DNA of 64,000 bases from Podarcis cretensis (taxonomy: Eukaryota). Positions 52,673 through 64,000 of the stretch are shown in pieces. The stretch lies in the NCBI GenBank assembly GCA_951804945.1, contig OX638150.1, forward strand, positions 58,032,001 to 58,096,000, given 5' to 3'. Every line of letters begins with the position of its first letter. The stretch's first letter is position 1. The position numbers and the translations under genes were made by a program. Under the pieces are notes generated by a model that made no database searches, had not been told where the DNA came from, and was given only the letters and a program-made list of their open reading frames with translations.

Positions 52673-53601
52673 TAACAGGTGTTTTAACTGTACAGCCCTT
52701 TGGTTCACTAAAGCTTTATGTGATCAATTGATCCATCCAATGTGACTGATCCACTGAGTGGGATCAAGGGAAATGATATATATTTAAAAATACACAGGAT
52801 GGGACATGTGCCCCTCACCCCTAGACAACTGATTGGATCCAGAGGCACATGTGGTGGAGGAGCTATGTCCATCAGCAGACAGCTGTTTCTGATGAAAGAA
52901 GCTCTTCTAGATACAACCCTATGTCTACTGCCTTTCCAAAAATTCCAGTCTCTTTCAAAATTTTGTTATTTAACACCTCCCAGTTGAAAGAATGATAAGG
53001 GCCACCTCATTTAGGAGTTAAACTAATTTCCATTTTTATTCATATCTTTCGAATCAAAACCCCATCACAAGGAAAATGTTCTTAAAAGAAAGATTCATGA
53101 ATTATGTTAAATTAGATGGGGTCATAACTGAACCGTTCTGAAAGTTCCAGCAGCCCTAGCTAGCTATTTTCTTTTATTTGCTCATAAACATTAATGGGGA
53201 AAAGTCTGTGGAATAAAAAGAGGAAGAAAAGAAAATGCCACTTGAAAGAGAAAGGCATTATAAAATGTAGCTCTGAGGGGTTTGGGGGGTTTTTTAAAAA
53301 AGAAAATGCTTTCAGGAAATAATGTTCAGTACAATCTTCCAGCGGAGGTTGCTCTCAGTCTGGCTTTAGCCAGCCCCCTTTAGTCAGCTGTAGCCAGTGG
53401 CCTAAACGGTCAGCTTCCTCCATCACCTTAGTCTCAGGGCTGCCTTTAGGAGGAAGGGGGAATGGAGCACAACAGTAGCATTACTTGCCTCTGTCTTTCA
53501 TTAACTCTGGTTCCCCCACTGCTGACCGCCCTGCCTTCTGCCCTTCCAGCTCCAGTGTGCACCAACCACCACTTGCAATCTTCATTCAAGTTAATTAATT
53601 A

Positions 53602-53602
<1 letters not shown>

Positions 53603-53645
<43 letters not shown>

Positions 53646-53788
53646 TATTATTTATACCCTGTCCATCTGGCTGGTTTTCTCCAACCACACTAAGTGGCTT
53701 CCAGCACATATAAAAACATGCTAAACCTCAAACATTTAAAACTACTTGATGTAGGGCTGCCTTCAGATGTCTTCTAAAAGTTGTGTAG
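53603..53788 (-). mobile_element. L2 3' end with (TAA)n tail
   Basis: Reverse complement aligns to 39180-39355. Confidence 0.85.
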
Positions 53789-54536
53789 TTCTTTATCTCC
53801 TTGGCATAGGTGAGGAATCCAGGATTGAAACTCTGATGAAATGAAGAATTATCAAAAGAATCAAATATAGAAACAATTTGTACACAGTACTTTCCAAATG
53901 ACCTAGGTCAGAGTCAAGTCATCTCTTGATGTGAATCAGTGTCACTTCTTGACTTTGTCCTAGCTGAAGGATTTTTGTCTCTCCCAGTTCCAGTGAAATG
54001 CCAGTCAGATCAATGAGTCCCTTCATCAGTGGATATTTGGATATTATTGAGTTAATCACTTGTTGCAGAATCCACCTGTAAAATAAAATGGCAGCCTAGA
54101 GGGGGCTCAGATATATAGAATAATTGTTATGTAATTGTGCTCTCATCCTAAAATTTAAAGTGGCTTCCCAGCCTATGTTAGTTATTCATTCTTTATGTAC
54201 TGTTGATAATTTAAAGTTGCTACCTATCAAGTGTTTTCCAGAAGGATTATATTCACCAACTCTCACCATGGATAATTTATGTATCACCCTATCACCTTGA
54301 CCCGCAGTGCACAGCCGGCTTGTCATAATATAATAAAATGCTTTCAGCATTCAAGATGCTTTACATAATACAATAAATTCACCAAAAAATTCAATTAAAA
54401 GAGTTTAAACTTAGGAAAGGGGGATGGGAAGGCAATATATAGTAAAAGTACACAAAAGTGGGTCTCCTGAATAAAAAGATTGGCAGGTACGTTGTCAAAT
54501 ATCTGGATGGTGAAGGGCCACTACTTAGACGTAGAA

Positions 54537-54865
54537 GATACGATACGATAATCTTTATTGTCATTGTTCTATACAGAACAACGAAATTGAAAAAATCGAC
54601 ATCAGACATTCAAAAACCAACAAGTCTGCTATCCCAGCTATCCCAGCCTGGTTGACCCCCTAAAAACCCTGATACCCCATAATTAAATACAATATACTCC
54701 CACAGAGACTACCTTACACTGCGATTAAAACCAAAATTGTATTTGGATAAAAACTGTTTCTCAGGCAGCTAGTCTTAGTCTTTATAACCCTGTACCTTCT
54801 TCCAGAAGGCAGAAGCTGAAAGAGATCATTTCCGGGGTGCATACTATCCTGCACTATTTCTGCAA
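54537..54865 (-). mobile_element. Rex1/Babar-clade LINE 3' end
   Basis: Peptide IVQDSMHPGNDLFQLLPSGRRYRVIKTKTSCLRNSFYP matches the Rex1/Babar C-terminal signature; short (TATCG)n tail. Confidence 0.8.
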
Positions 54866-55009
54866 GATGGTCCTCGTTTCGATCCCCAGATTTGGTGGGG
54901 AGAGAGACCCCTGTCTGAAAACCTGGAAAGCCTCTGACAGTCAGCATAGATACTGTTGAGATAAATGGAATGAGGATCTGACTCAGTCTAAGCACTTCCC
55001 TATGTTACT

Positions 55010-56196
55010 GTGGTGGAATACAAATATCCATGGAGAGTAAAATCCATACTGATGAACCTTCTATAGTAAAAAAAACCAAGCAGTTACCAGGCACCTAACA
55101 GGACACCTTCAGGAGAAGAAAAGGTTAGATAGACAGTAAACTCTACACAAATCTGGAGTGGAGAACCCAAGACAGTTGGATGATGCCTTGTATGCTTCCT
55201 TCCAGCAACTCCTGTAGCCAAGCTGGCGCCAAATGTATTGCTCTGCTTTCCTTTGGACCACATCAGTGAGGCCTAGAGGAGAGTCTTGTCATCTGGGCAG
55301 CCTACAACCTCCATACACACTGCCCAGGCTTGCACCCCAGGAAGGTCACGGTGCTCAGCAAAAGCAACATGGGAGGCAGCAGTTGTGAGTTACCAGTCCC
55401 TGCAGCCAAAACAGGTGCTGTGATTGACCGGTGATTTGGCTTCACCCCCAGAAGCGCTCTCCGTTGTGTCTCAAAACAGAAAGATGCAAACAAAAACAAT
55501 ACTGGGTAGCTTATGTCACCAAATAGCACATGGTGATTTTAAAAATGACATAATAGTCATAGAATCGATGAGCTTGGCCCTAGGTGTTTTGTACTTAGGA
55601 TATCCTTTAGCAAGTGGCTAAACTCAAATGTATCTTTTTTTATCTAATAACTTCTACTACAGTAATCTAATTGCTGGGTGATGATTATATAGATGGGTGG
55701 ATGGATAAATAGATAGATAAAATAAATGCTGGCTCCAGGATGGGGTAGGCAGACATTGCACCACTCAAAAGGACCCACCTCAACTGGAAGAAGCAGGGCA
55801 TGAAAACAGAGATACAGTATTCTAGAATGAAATGGAAAGCATAGCACTGTCTTCAGGCCTTGGCAAATGCCCACTCATCCCACCCTCTAAGAACCACATG
55901 GACAGACAGACAGACAGACAGAGAAATAGTTGTCTGTCATGTAGCCATGATATAGCATAGTGGAATTAATCAATCATCATAGAATTAGCTGGTGTTAGGG
56001 GAGGGGTAGTACCTTTGGTAGGCAACACATTATGCTCCTTCTCAGGTAGTTTGTCCACCTTTGGTTCCCACCCTATAGCCCAGGATTTCCACACACACTG
56101 CACAGGCTTGTGCCCTGGGGAGGCCACTTTGGTGCTGCTAATGCAGCAGTTTGACTTCACCCCTAGAGGTGCACTCCATTTTCTATCAAAACAGAC
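55010..56196. repeat. Two related fragments of an unclassified interspersed repeat (possibly RTE 5' region)
   Basis: CACACTGCCCAGGCTTG...TTCACCCCCAGA at about 55316-55480 matches CACACTGCACAGGCTTG...TTCACCCCTAGA at about 56094-56195. Confidence 0.5.
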
Positions 56197-57575
56197 AGCT
56201 TGGCAGGGGGTTGGACTCGATGGCCCTTGTGGTCTCTTCCAACTCTATGATTCTATGAAATGCCAACTATAGAATTAGGTAGTGTCCCATTTTGTTTAAC
56301 AAAAATTTGTAATATGTCAGCTTATATGCATATCCGTAGTGACAGAAGTTTATCCAAGAGCAAAGTTTCCACATGATTTGGTATTATCTTTATTAACAGC
56401 ACAGCAAGAGCTTTTTCTCTTCAGTACTATCGAATTTATCCACAGTTATTTGCAAGGCAGCCCTGATGTTTTGAACATCCAAGGGACTGCTATTTACATA
56501 GCATTCCACCAAACTCCCCGGGTTATATTTTGTGGTTCTAAAAGTTGAGATTTTCACTACTACCTAGTTGTGGTATAAAATTAAAACAACACACATGCCA
56601 AATTCATATTCATTATTCTTTGCCATTGAACTGTTAATCATCTGTCCTGCTGTAAGAATGCCAGTGGTATAAGCATTTAACTGTATAAGCATTTCATTTA
56701 AAATTCTTCAGTTCTACTGTTCCTACTTAATAAATTCAAACACTGTCCTGAGTCGTTTCTCCGCCACAACTGTCTCCCACTGCTTATCTAACTCACTCCT
56801 GAAAGAGCAACTTCCCTTGTGGTATTTTTTTGAAACATTACCTTTCAGGCAGGAGAAGCCACAAGGGAACATTGTAAAAGTTTGCGTGGGTGAAGGGTGA
56901 ATGAGCTGACAGCTGCAATGTAAAACAATAATTGAATTTTAAAAGCTAAGTACTTCAGCAATGCATGATAATAAAATATACTTTTAAATGCTTCTACAGT
57001 CTAAATTTTACCTAATATAGTTTGGTTTCAATTGCCATTCAAGAGAATCTTAATGTTGTTCAGAATAAGCAACATTTTGAACAGAATCATTTGTATAGTT
57101 CTGTAATGAGATAGACAGACATTTAGATAGCACTCCCTTCAGAATATCTACCACAGGAGACAGAAATAAAGCTTTCTTGCCCAGCAATCATGCAAGGATT
57201 ATTCTAGAAAGAAATGGTACATAGGCTTTCAGACATAATTATTTTCTGACAAAGGGCTTGCTCACGCGTTGCAATGAACACAGATACAAGCTTTCTGTAC
57301 ACATGAACAAACATTTATGAGAAAGACTGTACACTCATTGAATTGTACAGCTCAGCTTTTCATGCACACAGGTACACAGATTATACACTCATTGAATGTA
57401 ATATGTGAACATCTCTAAAACCTCAGGAAAGTACAAGGAGTTGAATATAGCCCTCTGAAGCAAATGTTGAGGGTGCATGGAGGGAGAGCAAAGAAGGGGG
57501 AAGCTCCATTCTGCAACCAGATGTCTGTTGCATAAGCAGAATGTCAACACTGAATAAACCCCATGTCCAACTTAC

Positions 57576-57637
57576 CTTTATTGTGGCTGTAATTTCCTGG
57601 TTATTATGGAAGACTTTTCTTCTCATAGATAATGGCA
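57576..57637 (-). CDS. Candidate internal coding exon (-PLSMRRKVFHNNQEITATIK)
   Basis: Acceptor TTTCATTTGGATCTCTCTAG, 62-nt open frame (phase 1 to 0), consensus donor AAG|GTAAGT. Protein not recognised. Confidence 0.35.
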
Positions 57638-57865
57638 CTAGAGAGATCCAAATGAAACATGCCTCTTCATGTTTATAAGAATCTTTGGGTTGCTTTGCCT
57701 TTGCCTATATCAGAACGCCTGAATACTGCAATTCCTGCTTGTTCTGATATTCCTGAGGTCAAGTTGGTATGGATTTCCACATTCGTGTTGGCAGGCCCCA
57801 CCCCTTCCCTCTCATTGGTTCTTGGGTAGAAGAGAATAAAAGGCTAGAGCCCAAATCAACACAGA

Positions 57866-59208
57866 ACAATATTGTTACATTATTGTCCCACTTGTGTTAG
57901 AGGAGAGCAAATGAAAACAAGGAAGAGTCTGATGGCATCTTAAAGACTAACAATTCTATTATGGCAGAAGCCAGGGATAGTCAAATTGGTAATCTCAAAG
58001 TATTTTGGACTACAACACCCAATGGCCAATGGTTGAGAATGATGGGAGTTGTAGTCCAGCAACATCTAGAGGGCACCATGTTGACTGCACTGCAATAGAC
58101 TTCCACTCACAGCTTATACCATAATAATTTTAAGACTCCAAAAGACTATTTATCACAGTTCAGAAGTTCAAGCCAGGCTGCCTAATCTCACAGGAATAAT
58201 TTAGATGGATACCTGCATAGTTTGCTTAATAACTTTCTCTCTACAACATCTAGAGACTCACTTCTTTAGAAAAAAGAAAAGAAATCTGGGAGCATGGCGC
58301 TTCTGTTGGCTGTGAGTCCTCATTGTATTAGCCAAATTACAGTACTAGATTTTTAAAAATGAAGTCAAATGATAAAATATATGCAGATATTTACAGAATG
58401 CCCCCTGTATGCTGGTTTATGACTTGTTGGAAGTTTAAAAGCAACACTGTACATTTCCGACACACAGACTCAATGCCACAGCACAATGCTGATGCCTCTA
58501 CATTCATCATAAAGCAAGGCTTGCTTATGACTGTGGCAACACTTTAGCCTATAAACATTTTACACACTGCTATAAAATGCCACAAAAATAGCTTTGAGAA
58601 TGAGAGCATTCTCGAAGCAAGAAGCAGCTACTTTTTCAGCTCATGTCTTTGGAAGCTAAATCATTTCTACCTCTAGCCAATTTCTGCCCTCAGCTAGTTC
58701 TAACTTGAAAGTATAGGTACAAACTTTGTGTCTATCTACTTCATTTACCAATTCAACACACAGCTCAAGTTCTGGTCTCCTGGATCATACTACAGAAACA
58801 CTGACTGGTACTGGCCCTCTTATTATGCAGTGCAGGGTATGTGAAAATAGTTAAACCTACATTGGCCTCAAGAACAATGTTAGCAGACTTGCGCTAGCCA
58901 CAGTTAGTGCAACAATTACAATAAATAGTCTTTTGGAGTCTTAAAATTATTATGGTATAAGCTGTGAGTGGAAGTCTATTGCAGTGCAGTCAACATGGTG
59001 CCCTCTAGATGTTGCTGGACTACAACTCCCATCATTCTCAACCATTGGCCATTGGGTGTTGTAGTCCAAAATACTTTGAGATTACCAATTTGACTATCCC
59101 TGGCTTCTGCCATAATAGAATTGTTAGTCTTTAAGATGCCATCAGACTCTTCCTTGTTTTCATTTGCTCTCCTCTAACACAAGTGGGACAATAATGTAAC
59201 AATATTGT
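57866..59208. repeat. Long inverted repeat: two 288-bp arms with a 767-bp spacer
   Basis: 57866-58153 is the reverse complement of 58921-59208; no mismatch found by manual comparison. Confidence 0.95.
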
Positions 59209-61314
59209 CCCTCAGAGAAGTAGAGAACTTTTACTCGGAAATGCTTTTAAGGGGTTGGCTTCCAAAGGCTGCACTGAAAAGGCATCTTCCCAACTCATAA
59301 TTGGATGAATTCACTTTATCAAAACGGTAAGGATTATTTGGTACTCAATAGCCCGATACATCATTGCACAGTACATTGCTGAATAATGATAAGCAGAGTG
59401 TTATTGTTGAGCCTCCAGTTACTAGGTGATGTACAGTACATAAGAGGCACACACAAAAAGGCCCTGCCCTCAACTTAGATGGCTTTAAAAGATCAGACAA
59501 ATTCATGGAGGACAAAGCTATCAGTGGCTATTGGCCATGATGCCTATGTTCTATACCTCCATGGTCATCTACATATTCCAAGATAAGCCTGTAATGCGGT
59601 GTGGGGGACCTATGGGCCAGACTTGGCCCACCAGGCCTCCCCAATTGGCTCTCAAAGCCATTTATAGGGAGCAAAATTCATACGCCCTACACCTGTCATA
59701 CATGGTGTGAGTGTGGAACTACAAGGGTAAAGCTACAAAGCAAGAATCCTGAATTTAAAGTGGGTTCCTTTACTAGGACAAGGTGCTTTGCCAGCTGCCT
59801 ATCAGCTGGTGGGTGGTAGGAGCATGCTCTGCTCCCTCTCAGCACATCTTCCTCCTAGCACTATGTTCTGAAGCCCCCAATTGTCAGGATTTAAAAGCAC
59901 AGCACAAAGTTTTCAAACTGCCATCATGATGCTCCTTCAAACCTATGATAGAGTCTAATGGATCCTTGCTCCATCCCTAAACAGAAGGGCTAGTTAGGAT
60001 CCAAGCCATGGTACTAAATTATAATATTGTGTCATTCTCTGTACTACTTGCTCTGCTTTCTTTTTTAAATGATACAACACTTGGTATTTTATTTTCTCTT
60101 TTTCGGAGTCCCTAGTTTGCTGATTGGTTAATCATTGTCAAATCAGGAAGGCAAAACTAAAATTAGCTGACAATCTGAACAAGAAAAGGTTCAAGCTTTA
60201 CAAGGCAACATGCTTGGATTAAGATACTTCTCTCCAACCTCCCCCCAAATGCATACATACCGTATGGGAGAAATGAGCACAAAATGTCAAATTTCTTTTA
60301 GTTATTCAAGTGGCCCATTTGCAGAAGCTAAGGGACAGCAAGTCAATATGGCAAGAAATCAGGCTCTCATGTTCTGAGAAATGCAGTCAGGTGCCACAAA
60401 TGTTTGGCCATTCTGTATACATACATACCTAAAGCACAAAAAGAAATAAAAGCAGATTGGGAACATTTATATAAGGATGCTGAAACTGACAGTTTTATTA
60501 TTCCTGTTGAGAGCCATGCTAAGTTTCAATGTGATGTTTCACCCGGTTTCTTTATGGGGAAGATTTATGTTCTCTATAGCTTTCAGCTCCCAGAATTTTC
60601 TGATAGGCTAAGAGCATTCACTGCTACACCAAAAAAATACTACAGATAATACCTGAGCAAACAAATAATTTATTACACACAAACCTTTGGCTCACGAAGG
60701 TCACTTCTTCAGGTACAAGCTGAAGCCCTCCATATTATCAGAATTTATCTAGCTTGTCTTTTCCATCTAGAAGGCATGAATACAAATGCAAAGGGGAGAA
60801 AGATCATGACCCGGGGGGGCTTCAGAGTTTAATAAGGACTATTGTTCTAAGAGCTGTTGACAACTCACTGCAAATTTGTCAAATGCTGTTTCTGTAGTGA
60901 AGAAACAAGGGGAATATGGCAGGGAGAAATGCAGTGCAGGTTCACTGAGAGAACATGGGGCCTATGCAGAAGCAGAATGAATGGAAACATAATCTCTCCT
61001 ACTTCCACTGCATCAGTTCACCACCTCTAGTATGCTGAACTATATTAACTTCTGCACTTCAGTTTGATCTTGCTCTGAACAGGGTTGTGCTTTCCAGCAT
61101 CTCCATAATCCATTCTTAAGTGCCATGCAGTTAGTTGGGAAGGAGGAAGAAGAATTCTGGACAAACTGTAGGGACCTTCCTTGCTTTGTGTCAGTTGTAA
61201 CAGTTCTTGGTCATTGCAAAGTGTTTCCGCTGCTTTTTCTCCCAGTCCAGCAGGTTGATTCATACGTCTGCCATAGATGTATGGAAAAAAGAACCCCATG
61301 CTTCATCTCATGCT

Positions 61315-61463
61315 GGGGATAGTTCAGTTGGTAGAGCATAAGACTCCTAATCTCAGGGTCATGGCTTTGGGCCCCACTTTGGCCAAAAGATTCCTGCATT
61401 GTAGGCAGTTGGACTAGATGACCCTCATGGTCCCTTCCAACTCTACAGTTTTATGATTTTATG
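61315..61463 (+). mobile_element. tRNA-derived SINE with CR1-like tail
   Basis: GGGATAGTTCAGTTGGTAGAGCAT head, GGTCCCTTCCAACTCTACA and (TTTTATGA)n tail. Confidence 0.8.
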
Positions 61464-61482
61464 CTTATGGTTCCTTCACATT

Positions 61483-62184
61483 TATGGTCTGAAGCTCAAC
61501 ATCAAAAAAACGAAGATCATGGCTACTGGTCCCATCACCTCCTGGCAAATAGAAGGGGAAGAAATGGAGGCAGTGAGAGATTTTACTTTCTTGGGCTCCA
61601 TGATCACTGCAGATGGTGACAGCAGCCACGAAATTAAAAGACACCTGCTTCTTGGGAGAAGGGCAATGACAGGCCTAGACAGCATCTTGAGAAGTAGAGA
61701 CATCACCTTGCCAACAAAGGTCCGTATAGTTAAAGCTATGGTTTTCCCAGTAGTGATGTATGGAAGTGAGAGCTGGACCATAAAGAAGGCTGATCGCCGA
61801 AGAATTGATGCTTTTGAATTATGGTGCTGGAGGAGACTCTTGAGAGTCCCATGGACTGCAAGAAGATCAAACCTCTCCATTCTGAAGGAAATCAGCCCTG
61901 AGTGCTCACTGGAAGGACAGATTGTGAAGCTGAGGCTCCAGTACTTTGGCCACCTCATGAGAAGAGAAGACTCCCTGGAGAAGACCCTGATGTTGGGAAA
62001 GATGGAGGGCACAAGGAGAAGGGGGCGACAGAGGACGAGATGGTTGGATAGTGTTTTCGAGGTTACCAGCATGAGTCTGACCAAGCTGCGGGGGGCAGTG
62101 GAGGACAGGAGTGCCTGGCGTTCTCTGGTCCATGGGGTCACGAAGAGTCGGACACAACTAAATGACTAAACAAAAAACAAAAAA
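61483..62184 (+). mobile_element. BovB LINE, 5'-truncated, about 700 bp, RT C-terminus still open
   Basis: YGLKLNIKKTKIMATGPITSWQIEGEEMEAVRDFTFLGSMITADGDSSHEIKR...VFPVVMYGSESWTIKKADRRRIDAFELWCWRR, through the stop codon and A/C-rich tail. Confidence 0.97.
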
Positions 62185-64000
62185 GTGAAGTATGAATGTA
62201 AGGTAAGATCAGCTACCCAGAAATTCTTCCCATAATAGCAATGACTGAGAAGTGTGCTGCTCTAATTGCAGAAAATGTGGGAATACTCCAGCATCCTCAA
62301 AGGTCCCAAATCATAGACCGTGCAGCACACATTAATGTGTATCCTGAGAGGCTTGAGAAATAATTGCATGGATGATTATGGTGACTCTGTGAACTGGTCA
62401 TCTCTACCACTAAAATTTCATGTGGGAAAAAGCTGCTCAATACTTTTCCATGTCTATTAATCACATTATCCTGAATGCTTGCACTATAATTTATTTCTCA
62501 TTCAATTTTTTGTCTTCTTAACTTTGTTTCCTTTTCTTTTATTATTTTGACAAAACCTTACCTACTCATAACATTTAGGTTGCAGTTCTATACACGTACA
62601 CCTAGGAATAAGTTTCATTGAGATCAATGGGACATCCCTGTGAGTAGACATCTATAGGTTTGTGGTGTTAGATTCCCTATACACTCTCAGTGCATTGGAC
62701 AATCAGAAGAGAAGCCTCATAATATGGAACATTGGTCAATGTTCAATGGTCAGGGATGGTGGAGATGTAGCCAATGTTATCTGGAGAGAACCACATTGCC
62801 TATCCCTAGTTTATGGGACAGAGAAAAAGAAACTCAACTCTACTGGCATGCATTACAGCTTTCTTTTCCTTGTTTAGAGTCGGTAGAAGTGTTGCTGCCC
62901 CAAGTTAGTCACTATAACTGATTATTCATGCAAGTGAACAGTATAAAATCTCAAGTGATGAGCTACCAAGCACTCCCTGGTGTTTCAATGACTAGAAACA
63001 CTGCAAAATGCTTTCCCGCCCTCCTGTTGAGAGAAGCAGCCAGTGTGACCATTCATGTGTCTCTTTTTCAGATGCAAATTCATACACAGAAAGCCAAGTG
63101 GAAAATCTTTCCAAATATCGGCACCTGCTCTTAAGATAGGCACAGAACACATGGTGGTGCTTCAGAACACTTCCATTCTTCTTCAGGGCAGCATTATGTC
63201 TGCATCCAGATGGCTGGTCTGTGTGTCACTTCTAGAAAAATGCTTGCGAGGTGACCAAAGTAAACTAAGAACATACGAAGGCCCATCTAGTCCAGCATCC
63301 TGTTCTGACAGTGACCAGAAACCCGCAAACAGAACCTAAGTGCAACAACACTCCTATGATTCCTTCCTGCCTTCTGATTCCTACAGTCTGTGGTGTGCAA
63401 CTGGGACCAGAAGCTATATAAAGGAGACAAAGGTTAAACAGCTGCTTTTCATTACTACAAAATCACATTGATCTCCATTGACAGTTTGGTTCATTAGGCC
63501 TCCAGAAGCTCCTTTATTATAACGACAATGCTGAAATCAATCCTGGAACATGACCCAGCTGCACTCACCTGACATAAAATCACATTCTTAATCAGGATCC
63601 CAAGAGGCACAATTACTTACCTCAAGACTACTCCCATGCATAAGCCAAACAGAATTCAAAACAGAAAAAACTATTTCCTACGAGGTATTAGGGCTTCCCT
63701 CACTCTGTGCTCTATAATATTGAACAAGGAATTTATCTATCCGTAGAACTCCATGATATGACTTGAAGAAATCACAATACAGGCAAGGTTGGTAGCGTTT
63801 TGTGATATTGCTTGCATGGAATTTCACACGATGTGAAATTCTTATGCACCATTAGGCAACTCGTGCATTAACCTGAGAAACAGCAAGAGAGCCATTTAAA
63901 AAAAAAAAATGCAAAGGGCTGTAGACAATGGGAGTCTTAGTTGGAGAAGACCGATTAAAAGTAATAGGCATGACTAACTTAGAACAATTGATTTCAATGG

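Noticed and set aside
61315-61390. tRNA gene (also 39420-39485 and about 12125-12190)
   Set aside because: tRNA-like SINE heads with degenerate stems, continuing into SINE bodies.
61453-62169. 238-aa ORF and its 219-aa antisense ORF as host genes
   Set aside because: Truncated BovB RT; the start codon comes from an upstream SINE tail and the antisense ORF is its shadow.
1-64000. A novel multi-gene biological system
   Set aside because: No intact non-TE ORF, gene cluster or unexplained array is visible; the content fits an ordinary repeat-rich squamate intron or intergenic region.

Overview
This is vertebrate genomic DNA, not prokaryotic. It is CpG-depleted, AT-rich and repeat-dense. Sauria SINEs, BovB LINEs, a Squam3/MIR-like SINE, CR1, L2, Rex1/Babar, Penelope remnants and many hAT and Tc1-mariner MITEs indicate a squamate reptile, probably a lacertid-type lizard. 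I found no complete protein-coding gene, RNA gene, CRISPR array or operon. Almost all listed ORFs are chance ORFs or retroelement fragments; the only long protein-like one (61453-62169) is a BovB reverse-transcriptase C-terminus. The window looks like a large intron or intergenic region. It holds two unidentified minus-strand candidate coding exons (57576-57637 and 4209-4290). The most notable structures are an apparently perfect 288-bp inverted duplication (57866-58153 / 58921-59208), a Penelope-derived palindrome carrying a minimal hammerhead-ribozyme motif (44885-44922), a solo LTR, and several cleanly nested insertions with target-site duplications (TSDs). I cannot support a novel multi-gene system here. 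Repeat family names come from motif recognition, not a database search.
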